A DNA stretch of 55,969 nt, filler included, from Dugesia japonica (GCA_001938525.1; 5 parts of 5 records of this genome joined end to end with filler, not necessarily neighbours in it), one strand, 5' to 3'. Shown: positions 41,187 through 53,295, numbered from the whole stretch's first letter. Made by a program: numbers and translations. The notes: generated by a model from the sequence alone, not told the origin.

Positions 41187-41214
41187 TTAGGTGATATGTA
41201 TGCTTCATGAAGAT

Positions 41215-42386
41215 TGAATGGAATCATATGTGAACATTTAGCAGAAGAAATATATCAGAAGATGTTTGTTTATAACAATAATGATATTGGATACCTGTTT
41301 GAAATTGATCTTGAAATATCTATAGAATATCATGATAATTTAGATTAATTACCTTTAGCTCCAGAACATAAATTTCTGCCTGGATTGAAAGTCATGAAGT
41401 TGCAAAAGTTACATGAACCAAAACGGCATTATATTGTATATTGACGATTATTGGAACTGTATATAAAGCTAGAGGCTCGTGTAACGGCAGTGTATAAATA
41501 ATACAGTTCATACAAAAAGAAATCTTTGCAAATTATATTGATGCAAATTCTACAAGAAGAGCAGAATCAATGTCCAAATTTGAAAAAGATTTTTACAAAC
41601 TATTAAATAATGCGCTATATGGTAAGACAGTGGAGAATTTAAAAAATCGCATGGATCTCCGGCTATGTAATAATGAGAAGAAATTTGTAACTTACACTAG
41701 CAAAGTTACATTTAAGAAAACAATGGATATCGCATAAAAACTCAAAGCTGTATTATTATAAAAAGATACTATATGTCTAGATAGACCGAGTTACATTGGT
41801 CTTTGATTTTTGAGGAAATTGCGAATATATAGGCTCCAATATGAAGAATTCAAACAATAATGTCAACAATTTCTTTGTAAAATTGATATAATTGCCGGAA
41901 ATACTGACAGTTTTTTCTTATCATGTACCGGGGTAGATAAAAACCAACTCTTATCTCAGATGAAATCGGATGGTCTGTTGGATATAAGTAATTACCCAAA
42001 AGATCATTCGCTCTATCTCAACAATGTGGTTAATAGAATTGGATTGTTTAAAGATGAAGAAGAAGGTAAAGATTTTATTGAATGGGTATTTCTAAGGCCA
42101 AAATGTTATAGTTTAAAGAAAGCAGATACTACTATAACAATGAAGGCAAAAGGGATTAGTTTGAAAAAAACATATTAATTATCAAAATTATTTAAAAGCA
42201 TTCAATAAATATGAAGATAAAGAAGAAGAACCAAACAAAGTTATACAGACTAGCTTTCAGTCAATAAATCATCAGGTTTATACAATCGCGAGTAATAAAC
42301 GCAAATTGTCTTGTCTGGATGATAAACATTTTTGGAGTGAAAAAAATACTAGTATGACATATGGTCATTATAAAACAAATAATTAG
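41215..42386 (+). mobile_element. Polinton/Maverick (adintovirus) protein-primed family B DNA polymerase, C-terminal pseudogene fragment
   Basis: GYLFEIDLE...LPLAPEH; FYKLLNNALYGKTVEN; GNTDSFF; IGLFKDE; LRPKCYS; MKAKGI; LSCLDDKH...TYGHY; multiple stops. Confidence 0.93.
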
Positions 42387-42949
42387 ATAATATGTAAATA
42401 AATGTTATGTTTCAATGATCTCAGATTGTCAAAAAAGAAAAAGTCGAAGAAGAAGATGATGATTTTAGTTTAAATGATGAAATAAATGTTGTTACATATA
42501 TTTGTTCTTTTTTCTTTTATGTATATGTTAATAATAAGTTAAGGAATATTAATTGTCTTTTGTTTTTTTTNNNNNNNNNNNNNNNNNNNNNNNNNNNNNN
42601 NNNNNNNNNNNNNNNNNNNNNNNNNNNNNNNNNNNNNNNNNNNNNNNNNNNNNNNNNNNNNNNNNNNNNNNNNNATTTGATAGTTGTTAAAATCAAAATT
42701 TTAAATAATAATAAAGTAAGATTAATAATAATAATGATAATATTTGTTATGCAATATAGCAATTGCGTATTGTTTTGATAATGATAAATGATGTTAAATT
42801 GATTACGTAATAACTAAACTGTATTGTGTGCGTTGATTATGTAATAGACCAGACTTTATTCACAAATGGCCTAGTACTTACCTATTCATCTACTAAATCT
42901 GGATTTTTCGTGACACCTGATTAAATTCTTCGTAAAAATTCCTAAATAA

Positions 42950-43045
42950 AAATTTTTCAAAGAATTTTGTCAAAAAAAATTTTGTCCAAAATTTTTTGTC
43001 AAAAAATTTGATGTCAAATAAATTTTGTCAAAAAATTATTTCAAA
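42950..43045 (+). repeat. Imperfect ~15-bp tandem repeat (aattttgtcaaaaaa)
   Basis: About five to six consecutive variants by direct reading. Confidence 0.8.
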
Positions 43046-43299
43046 TGTCTGGATCGTCGCAACGCGTTGGAGGTTCGGGTACGTTTCGATTACAACTAAA
43101 TACCATTACATATAGTTTTTAACAACTAAATTGAAGCTTATTTACTAAGGTTTCTCTATTTTTTTTTACTAATTTTCTTTCGTTTTATATACAATAAACA
43201 GGTTTTTGAGTCTGGTTAAAATATTTATGTTATAAATTTATAAGATCAACATGAAAACACCAAATAAAAAACATTCAATAAAATTCATTATTTTTATTA

Positions 43300-43346
<47 letters not shown>

Positions 43347-44029
43347 CTGAAAAATAAAAAGTTCTATTAATTTTTGAATCAATTGATCTAATCATCAATG
43401 CTAGGCACATGATTCATTCCCAATAATCTTAAAAATTTCGCACAAAATTTTGAAATTAATAATATTTATAACTGATTTACACTGAATATTATGTTCAGCA
43501 ATGTTAGAGTGATTCGTGGATTTTTAATATCAGGGAAATTCTTAAATTTTTATATATATTATAATAAAATTTATTTTTTTAAAACCTTCAAATATTATTG
43601 TAAAAAAGTAATTAACAGATTTTTAAAATATAAAATATTTTTTAAAACGAAATTAACTTAATTAATATTATATATATTATGTTAGACAAAATTATAAAAG
43701 CNNAATTTATTTTAAAGAAATTATGTAGAAAAATAATAAAAAATATATATAAAGTATAAATATTTTGTAGAATTAAAATCGATATTTTTAAAATATTTTA
43801 ATAAAAATTCATCAGATTCTTTGTTTGAATACTGTCGATTATTCTTCATCTTTTTTTACTTTTATCAAAAAACTTGTAATAATAAATAAAAACGTATGGA
43901 GAGTTGTGAGGTTTTGAATTTGACTAATACGTAATGTTACTCCGAATACCTAACCGACTATGCTTTTTTCTCCAATACATGTGGCATTACACTCATATTT
44001 ATAAATAAGATTAGAAACCAATCCATAAG

Positions 44030-44275
44030 GAGTCTTAGACTTATTACTGAAAGCAAATTACCTCCTGTCAAAGAGGAAGAATTTTTAAATTCTTTACTTA
44101 AGAAATTAATTTATGAAAATCATCTTTATGCTGAGTGGTTTACGATTTTTGTTGGTTCTCAGCTGGCGAAGTAATATGAGCTTCCGAAGATTCATGAAAT
44201 AATTATCTAATGAGACCTGTTTTATCTATTATTAACACGGCTCAATACAAAGTTGCTAAATTAATGTTCAAATTG
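44030..44275 (+). mobile_element. Penelope-like retroelement RT fragment
   Basis: GSQLAK*YELPKIHE...MRPVLSIINTAQYKVAKL resembles the PLE motif YGLPKIHKxxxPLRPIxSxxxTxxYxLAK. Confidence 0.8.
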
Positions 44276-44499
44276 GTGTTTCTAAATTTTATTGAATGTC
44301 TTTAATTTGAACTTTTTTACAAATAAATTTTATTTTGTTCGAAGCTTTTTCTTATTTTAATGAAATCTCAAATGCGATCAATGGTTAAGTCCAACAATTA
44401 TTCTCACAATAATTTTAATTATAAAATTTATTGAAACTATTACATAATCGATTGTATATTGCGGAACTATAGTATATATACTTTATTCTTAATATTAAA

Positions 44500-44548
44500 C
44501 AGTTTGTCTGAAGATGACAGATATACTGTCAAAACTGGTTGTAATAAA
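44500..44548 (+). ncRNA. Degenerate minimal hammerhead ribozyme (Penelope pLTR type)
   Basis: CTGAAGA-T-GACAG(atata)CTGTC-AAAAC-TG-GTT: CUGANGA box and stem II intact, GAAA box mutated to AAAA; ~230 nt downstream of the PLE RT on the same strand. Confidence 0.6.
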
Positions 44549-46942
44549 TATATATTTAATTGAATAGCTTGTTAAGTCATTTATGAAAAGATGGCTATTA
44601 TTATTCTTTAACTTTTTGGATTATTATTATTACTATTATTATTTATTTATTATTTTATTAATTTTTTTTATTTATTAATTTTTTATTTTACTAATTATTA
44701 TTATTTTATTATATTTCATTAATAAATTNNNNNNNNNNNNNNNNNNNNNNNNNNNNNNNNNNNNNNNNNNNNNAAAATTAAAGTTTTTTTTTCCAATTAA
44801 AATAAAATTCTTTGAAATCGGGGTTCGAGAAATTAGTGGCTCAAATGTAATAACTGTAAAATGTGGACATTTCTTGATAATCTGGTTTTAAATTTAATCA
44901 TTACACAAAATAAAATTAATTTCAAAAAAATTCTAAAAAATTACTCAGAACCAAACAAAATTATTTTAACGGTAGTACAAAATATTAAATTCATAACCAT
45001 ATTGGAAAAAATGGTGCAAATTACTTAAAATCTATACATATCGAAAAGAAATATTAAAAATTTTCAATCCACTTTAATATTACAAACTTGTTAACAAAGA
45101 AGTGGTTTTTAAAATTGTTAATGTGGGTAATTTTATTCTCATACAACAAAAAATAAATAGGCAATAAAAATTTCATTAAGTACATAATTCTGTCTCATAA
45201 ATTATAATCTCTTTCANNNNNNNNNNNNNNNNNNNNNNNNNNNNNNNNNNNNNNNNNNNNNNNNNNNNNNNNNNNNNNNNNNNNNNNNNNNNNNNNNNNN
45301 NNNNNNNNNNNNNAAATTTTAACTGCCTTTGTCATTTAACTAGTAATACAATGAAGTTTATTTAAAATTTGCCAAGGTCACGTTTGAGTCAAGATTAGTC
45401 CAGATAAACACAAACACAATCTCAATTCAAATGAAAGAAACCAGTTTACAATCCACGACACAGACTGTATGGCTCAGATCACTAGTGTGTGAATAAAATG
45501 GACTTAACAACAACCACTCCGAGAAACTTATAGAAATTTCTAGTTTAATTTCTATTGGATGATGTTTTAGTAATAAAATGTCATCTTCTCTATTTTCTTT
45601 TCTTTCTCAGTTCACACACAAACATAGAATGGTATATATATATATGTATAGATATATGTATTACAAATTTATGTATATTCAATACTGATCCCATGCAGAC
45701 ACACAAATACACTGACTAAGCTAAATGACCGTAGCACACAAACACAAAATTAGTGGAATTAGTTTGATTTATAGAATTATTTTGGTTACATGCAACAAAT
45801 ACATTGAGATCAACTTTGATGGGCATTTCTTTGCCAAACACGATTGGTACTGATGAATCAACGTACCATATCAAGGTAATGTAAATCAAGACAACTCAAT
45901 CATTGTCTAAATTGAAATAATTAACTTCCTAATATTCATCAAGTGATTCGTAAATCTACTTAAACGATAAGAGTATTTTTCAAATTATGAAACAATCTCT
46001 AAATAACCAATCACTTCTAATGAAAGAATTTGTCGTTTCAATTTATTTTCTCAAAACTTGCCAATGATTCTCGAATTAATAATTTGTAAAAATGGATTTT
46101 TTCCTGCTTAGTATTTACTGTTTAACAAACTATGTAGTTTGCGGTGAGATTATTAATATTATTATATTTATTTATAATATTTAGTTTATGTTTAAAAGGA
46201 AATTATTGTTTTTTATTATTCATATTTCTTTTAAATCTAAATTAACTGTCATTAAAATTTTATAATTCATTGTAGTAGATGTGTTAGAAATTCCGTAGAA
46301 TTTCGATATTCTGTTTAAATAGAAAATCTGTTAAATAGAAAATCTGTTAAATAAAAATCAAAATTTCAGTTGAATTTTAAATGCGGTCAAAGTTGACAAA
46401 ACCGTGACGGGATTGTCTTAATGATTCGCTAATAACGACTAAGATTAGAGACACAAATGATGTCGGCTTTAGCTAATTTCTAAAGTAAAATTTTGATGTC
46501 TTTTTTTTTCAAACAGTTACTAGTTTAAAAAAAAATTGTCGAATATCAAATTTCTTAAAAGTTTTACCCGATTTATCACAGTGTTGTAATTAAAATAAAA
46601 CGCCTTATTTAAAATCTCGTTTCGTTCTCTATTGAATATTTAATGTGTTGAAATATTGTTTTTCACGTTTCAAAATGACTTTTATGCGTCAAAAAGTTCA
46701 AAAATTTTACCGGTATTCAAACGGCATAGATTTTGATGAAATATTCACCAGAATATATCAAATGAATTAGATTAAATTTTATTGTTAACAAATTACTAAA
46801 TTTTACTTTGTGGTTAGTATTGATTTATTTCAATATTTATTTAAAAAATGAAACTCAATCAAAAATTAATTATTCAAATTTTATTATTTAAAGTCAAATA
46901 TTAATTTGATTATAAAATTAATTAATGAATTCGATAGAGATT

Positions 46943-47042
46943 NNNNNNNNNNNNNNNNNNNNNNNNNNNNNNNNNNNNNNNNNNNNTTAATTAATTAANN
47001 NNNNNNNNNNNNNNNNNNNNNNNNNNNNNNNNNNNNNNNNNN
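46943..47042. other. Artificial contig spacer
   Basis: 44N-TTAATTAATTAA-44N. Confidence 0.97.
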
Positions 47043-47154
47043 TTTTAATATAAATATGATTTATTTTAGTTTAATTTCATTGGATTAAAATTAATGAAAA
47101 ATTAGAATTTATTTCTATTTGTAAAAATTTATTAAAAACAAATAAACAATTTAA

Positions 47155-47810
47155 ATGGAAAATCTAATTTCTAATTATTTCAAATCAATTCAAGAAGAAA
47201 TCGATGAATGTTTAATTGGTTACATACTTAGGTTAATAAATAATAAGAAATCAAAAGAATACATAAATAATAGTTTGAAATTATTTCTCAATGAAAAAAC
47301 CGAATTATTTGTTGATTGGTTAATGTCCACGACAAATAAAAATCATTCTAATTTATTAATAAAATCAATAATAAATCAAGATACTCAAATAATACTCCAT
47401 TCTGATCAAAATGTTCCAATTAATATTTCAAATACAAATAATTGTATAGATTTCAAATCAAATAATTTCAATNNNNNNNNNNNNNNNNNNNNNNNNNNNN
47501 NNNNNNNNNNNNNNNNNNNNNNNNNNNNNNNNNNNNNNNNNNNNNNNNNNNNNNNNNNNNNNNNNNNNNNNNNNNNNNNNNNNNNNNNNNNNNNNNNNNN
47601 NNNNNNNNNNNNNNNNNNNNNNNNNNNNNNNNNNNNNTTAATTATGACAAATAAAAGTTCAAAACTAAATAGAGTTAGATTCAAAGAAAATATTGCCGAA
47701 TATTTAATATTTTATCCTCGACCAAATATCGATAGAAAAAGTGTATTCGAAAGATTGAGCAAAAGAGAAAATTATGAGAAATCAAGAAATATTTCTAGAA
47801 ATAAAAAATT
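47155..47810 (+). CDS. PWI-like domain protein with RVxF motif, copy A (stop probably hidden in Ns)
   Basis: IDECLIGYILRLINNKKSKEYINNSLKLFLNEKTELFVDWL resembles the ZC3H14/Nab2 and RBM26 PWI-like domains; RVRF at 47671-47682; paralogous to 53730-54318. Confidence 0.8.
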
Positions 47811-47992
47811 NNNNNNNNNNNNNNNNNNNNNNNNNNNNNNNNNNNNNNNNNNNNNNNNNNNNNNNNNNNNNNNNNNNNNNNNNNNNNNNNNNNNNNNNNN
47901 NNNNNNNNNNNNNNNNNNNNNNNNNNNNNNNNNNNNNNNNNNNNNNNNNNNNNNNNNNNNNNNNNNNNNNNNNNNNNNNNNNNNNNNNNNNN

Positions 47993-48053
<61 letters not shown>

Positions 48054-48063
48054 TATAATAATA
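47993..48063 (+). repeat. (TAA)n microsatellite
   Basis: Direct reading. Confidence 0.98.
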
Positions 48064-49024
48064 ACCCTGTTATGCACCCGACCGTCTTAATGGGGACTTT
48101 ATTTAAACGCACATTAGAGCCATTTGCTTACAAACTGCAAGATCCAAATGTCCAGACGAAATTGTGCTATTTACGTATACAGAAGCAAGGTTATTGAATC
48201 TTCTCCACAATAAAATTACCACACTCAGTCGAATTCCAGGAAAAATAAATTCCCAGGTTAATAATATTTATAAACTAAGAGAAGAATATTGAAAAGAAGA
48301 ATATTGAACTTTTCTCTTCAGTCAGAAACATTTTACTGCTATAATTCTATAGAAAATTATGAAGCTGCCTGTTTTTATTTGCTTGATAAATTTTAAACTC
48401 AAAGTATAGTTCAATAAAGTATATAAATAAAAGCACTCCAATTCACTCCAACATTTTTTCAGACTGAGTTTTTTATTTATGCAAAAAAATTTATTTGAAA
48501 ATTTTTAGAAGCTTTATTTTTTGAAATAGTTTCATTGTACACACATACACACAAAAAAAGAATTTCCTTTACTCCAGGCTTTAATCATGTTACTCATCAT
48601 TCAAAGCAAATTTTTTACTATGATTAAGAATATCATATTTCAAAGTCAAGATTACATATACTCAAAAAATTAAATGAAAATAGCATTACAATTCTTCTCA
48701 AGGAATGTCAAAATTGAAATCAAATTGCTTCCTGATTGGTTATTAACATTAAAATAATAATACACACAACAAATGAAATGAAAATAACATTTGAATCCTC
48801 ACTGAGTAGACGTAATATTATAATAATAATACATACATAACAAATAAAATAACAAAAGATTTTCAAACAACAATTTATACAAATTAAATATTGTTTTCTA
48901 TCCATTTTATTGAGCTGTCTGGAACTTGTGAGTTGCATTTCTAAATAATAAAATTAATTGAATCCAAAGAAAATCATTATCTTTACATTGACTGGATTGA
49001 TTCGTTGTGATTATTGACCGAAAT

Positions 49025-49110
49025 ACTATAATGTCTGTATGGTAAACTCATATTTTTATCTACCCATACACGCTTATCATCTGTGTTGGTTAATGCAATT
49101 TTTTTGCATG
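49025..49110 (-). mobile_element. Second Polinton pPolB relic (extreme C-terminus)
   Basis: KKIALTNTDDKRVWVDKNMSLPYRHYSI, homologous to the C-terminus at ~42300-42386. Confidence 0.75.
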
Positions 49111-49913
49111 AATTAAAAAGTTAGCCTGAAAAATTCTTCTCTCCCTCGATGGTGATTTGGAGTGCTACTATCTATCTACTCAATATTTCAGATTTTAAAT
49201 TTCAAAATGTTCATGCACTAGAAAAATAAACTTTGATTTACTATGTTTCGTACCAAGTCCTAGCACCAACAAATCAAATCTAACTTTACAAGAATGCTTT
49301 CAATGGGCAAACAACTCCTAGCTCAAAGTCAAAAAAGACTCAATTTTACAATCGGAAAAATTCATTAGTATATTTGAAAAAAATTACAGAAATTTGGATA
49401 TCATTTGAAATAATTGATGAAGAACCGACATCACATATAATTAGTAATATATGAGATACATATATTCTGAAAGCAACATTTCGACAAGAAGTTCCAAGTT
49501 TTATTCATAATGCCTGGATAATAAGCGCTTTTGGAGCGGAAGAAATATTTGTATGATAGATGGTCTATATAAAATTAATAATATTGTTTTTTTAATAATG
49601 GCAAATGTTCTTTTGCTAGGCACATTCCTTGATCTTGGGGCGGCTTGCCGCTCATAAACCTCCACTCATAACAATATATTATTATGTTTTTAAAAACTTC
49701 ACTTTGAAAATAAATAATTCTATTTCCCTATTAATTGATTTCTACTTGATTTTAATATAAAAACAAAAATCTAAAATTTTTAGTTTTGATATTTTCTTCA
49801 CGAAAACTTGAATTAAAATAAAAAAAAAAATAATTACAAAAAATAACTTATATTGATTTCTTTTAAAGAAAGTATATAAAATCTCAATGATTAACACAAC
49901 ATTTAATAATACT

Positions 49914-50492
49914 TTAGAAACATCCTTCTGTGTTTGATAGAGCTCTAAGTGATCTTTCTTCTTGTATCCAATTCGTGAACACAATATGATGATCAGTACC
50001 GTAAAATGTCATAATATTGTCGAATTCAGATGAACCACTTGCACGCAACTTTCTAACGCATCTATCAATTAAAATTCTATTGTTTTCCGGATGAGTTATT
50101 TTGAATACAACAACATTGTAACCTTTATATTCACATCTTTGAATAGTGCCATTGCACGGTTCTGGTAAAATTGTTAATGCTGGAAAGTTTTTGAATTTAC
50201 AAAGTAATTTAACACCAATTAATTCTTCCATTAAAATTGAGTAAGATAATATGTTACCATGTTCTAAAGTCCAGCCGGGGCGATGAATTTCTTTTGTAAA
50301 TTCCAAATCATAATATTCATCAAATTTACCGATTGAGAATTTATTAACGATTTTATTTGAGCCAGTAACTGTGCTAGATGAATCAATAGGAAATTTCTTT
50401 TGACGTTTCGGAGATGTCATGTGATGTTTCAAATTAGATTTTGATTGCGTATTATCGTTCAGTACATTTGCAGATGAACACGAACTACCCAT
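49914..50492 (-). CDS. 192-aa ORF with N-myristoylation motif and degenerate protein-kinase N-lobe (putative pseudokinase or first exon)
   Basis: MGSSCS N-terminus. CNGTIQRCEYKGYNVVVFKI...DNIMTFYG...IVFTNWIQEERSL follows kinase subdomain I-V spacing. Confidence 0.6.
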   Translation of the reverse strand: MGSSCSSANVLNDNTQSKSNLKHHMTSPKRQKKFPIDSSSTVTGSNKIVNKFSIGKFDEYYDLEFTKEIHRPGWTLEHGNILSYSILMEELIGVKLLCKFKNFPALTILPEPCNGTIQRCEYKGYNVVVFKITHPENNRILIDRCVRKLRASGSSEFDNIMTFYGTDHHIVFTNWIQEERSLRALSNTEGCF

Positions 50493-52119
50493 TGGAATAA
50501 TTTACAAAAGATTAATTCAATTCTAGTAAAATTCTATAAAGAATATTCGAAATTGAAGAAAATCTAAACAATAAAAAGAATTATGGTATTTATTTTGGTG
50601 GCATAGTTACGTGAAAATCACAAAAATAACTGGCACACGAGCCTGCATACATTATCATAAACACCAATGATCGATTAATAAATTAATATCAGTCACACAA
50701 TTTTATATTCAATTCATAATTCATAATTCGATTTAACAACAGCAAAAAATAAAATGAATTTTTTTTTGAATGGAGATATTTTATGTATACTTATTTTATT
50801 TTTTTATGTTTTAATATTTCTATTTTAATATTTTTNNNNNNNNNNNNNNNNNNNNNNNNNNNNNNNNNNNNNNNNTATAACTAAAAAATTGAATTGATAT
50901 TAATTAATTATCATTAATATCAGATAAAATTAAAATCTTAGTAAAATTTTATATCTTAAATAATATAATAACGATAATAATAATATTACATATATAATAA
51001 TAATAATAATAATTTTTTCGAATTTTATTATAAAATTTATTGGAGAGATTTGAAATTTTGAATTTTGGCTTAAAATATTTTCTGTTTTAAATTTGGTAGC
51101 GTTGAACTCAAAATTAAAAACAATCTAGATTTTGCATTACTTTTGTAGAAAAATGTTTGTTACTCATTGGAAGGTCTGTGGTGTACTAAAATACTTGAAT
51201 TTTTGTTTTTTTGAATTTTTCGTAATTTCAATAATAGATTTTTTCGAATTTTGTACTATGAGACTCAGTATTAAATGTTACGTATACTTTGCTTTAAATG
51301 ACATATTTGTTCAAGATATAATAAATAATTATATTATTAATTATAAATAATATAACTATAAATAATAAAATTTTTTTAAACACTTTGATACCATTAGACT
51401 TAGAATTAAAAACTGATTATAGGTTATCTATGGTTTGCTATAGTTTTCGTTATAAAGGGTGTGGCGCATGGAAGCACTTGATCATTGTTTTAAAAAATGT
51501 TCAATCCAAACTAATTGTACAGCTTTGAATTTAGTATTTTTGCAATCAGAATAAAAACTTATCTATACATTGCTTAAAAATTTAGTTAAAAATACTTCCT
51601 TCTCATAATTTGAGTTTTTATTTGCTTTGTTTAAATTACGCGTGTTAAAATTTAACTTACATTAAATTTTTGATTTAATTTTAAAATTCTACATGTTTAT
51701 TTAAATTCATGATTTTATAGTAAAATACGAATTTTAATTAGATTTTCTAATATAAATTTCGATTTACTTTAAAAAAAAAGTGTTAAAAATTTTACCAACT
51801 ATTGAAAATTTCTAATTTCAACGCTAATTATGATGAAAAACTAACAAACATCAGAATAATAAAGTTTATTAAAATATTACTGTCAGTAGTTTTTATTGAA
51901 TATTTTTAGGTTTTTGATAATTAGGAAATTATAAAGAAAATGTATTTAAATAATTGAGTTGTTTAAATATTGAGTTTAGAAAGTGGAATTTAAAAAAAGA
52001 TAGTTTTTTATTTTAATTTTGAATCAGAATCAAAAGAAAAGGTATCAAGTTGTTTTTATATTATAAATTCTTTTCTAGCTACATCAGGCTTTTAAATTAA
52101 ATGAGTATTTATGAACAGA

Positions 52120-52285
52120 ACCTAATATGGTGGCACCGGTTAATACTGTTAGTATTGCGGACCATCTTATCCCGGATATCTACTGAAGACACGATGATAT
52201 CAAAAAATTTTATATGTATTTCGGAGTCGAAAGAATGCATAATAAAAATTATCAAGAACGTTTGGTAACGTGTTTCATAGTTGGG
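52120..52285 (+). mobile_element. Gypsy PBS plus gag N-terminus fragment, related to the 41185 element
   Basis: cctaatATGGTGGCACCGGT; MVAPVNT...DDIKKF...QERLVT versus MVAAVNT...DDLEKF...QERWVT. Confidence 0.8.
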
Positions 52286-52990
52286 AAGTATGTAGAAACA
52301 TTTCTGAACACCATTTTTTAATTTAGTTTTAAAAATTAAACACCACTTTTTAAAAAAATTTCCCCGGGGGGGAAGTTGCTTGGGAGGTGTTATGCGCTAC
52401 CTAGGTCTAAAGAGTTGCATAACACCAACACACATTCACTAACCCTCCCTCCATGTGTACTAATGATTACATAATTTTGCAATACAAAAACCCGAAGACA
52501 CACATCGTGTGTCTTACGTAACTGTTGTTCGTATTTTTGAAAAGTTTACAAAATTATCGGGTTTTTAATGGACGAGTAAATTTGTGTGTATTACATAACT
52601 TTTGCTTGTATTTTTGAACAATTTACTGAATTATTTGATTAGTTTATCGAATTATTTAAAAATTTTACCAAATTATTTAAATTTTCAAATTTTTAGACGT
52701 TAAGGAAATTCTTCGAGAAGGTAAATTTTTGGGTGATTTTGGGCTATAATTTCCTCGGATTGGTCTTTTTGGATTGAATTTTTACAGAAACTCGTGTGAA
52801 TTAGACAAATTTGTTTAAATATTCAAATAATTAAATTTTTTATTTGACTCCGGGCGAACATCCCCAAATTTGATAACTTTTGGTCGAGAATGACCTCAGA
52901 ATGAATTCTAGCTAAAAATATTTTGTTGTCGAATTTAAATTGATTCAATATAATTAAATAGCAAACATTCATTTAAGAAAATTATATTAC

Positions 52991-53295
52991 TATTAGGTAG
53001 TTCAATTAATTCTCGCTGGTTTTAATAATAAGAAAAAATATAATTAAAAACTCCAAATACTTTTTTTTACATAATCTTTACATAACATCTCATTCAAAGT
53101 AGTGTCCATCATTGCTAGCAACATTTCCCACCTTTCTGGCAACAAATGAATACGATAAATTCGACGATAAATTCTTGAAATTTACCCAATAGACAAGCCA
53201 TTTCTGGACATCATAAAGATTGTTGAAGTTATGTTCACAAAGGCCATGTTGCATTGAGCCAAAAAGATGGTAATCACTTGGAGTAAGCACACAGC
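52991..53295 (-). mobile_element. Mos1-like mariner 3' fragment with TIR
   Basis: LTPSDYHLFGSMQHGLCEHNF...ASNDGHYFE*; TIR-like tattaggtagttcaattaattctcgct at 52991. Confidence 0.88.

Noticed and set aside
3355-42386. A single giant Polinton linking PLA2X and pPolB
   Set aside because: Separated by three artificial spacers; no capsid, ATPase or matching TIRs seen
47811-48090. Poly-Ile C-terminus of the 311-aa ORF
   Set aside because: Read-through of masked Ns into a (TAA)n repeat; the real stop is probably under the mask
52493-52518. Hairpin aagacacac-atc-gtgtgtctt as a terminator or ncRNA
   Set aside because: Isolated palindrome in repeat-like DNA, more likely a transposon internal palindrome; no supporting context
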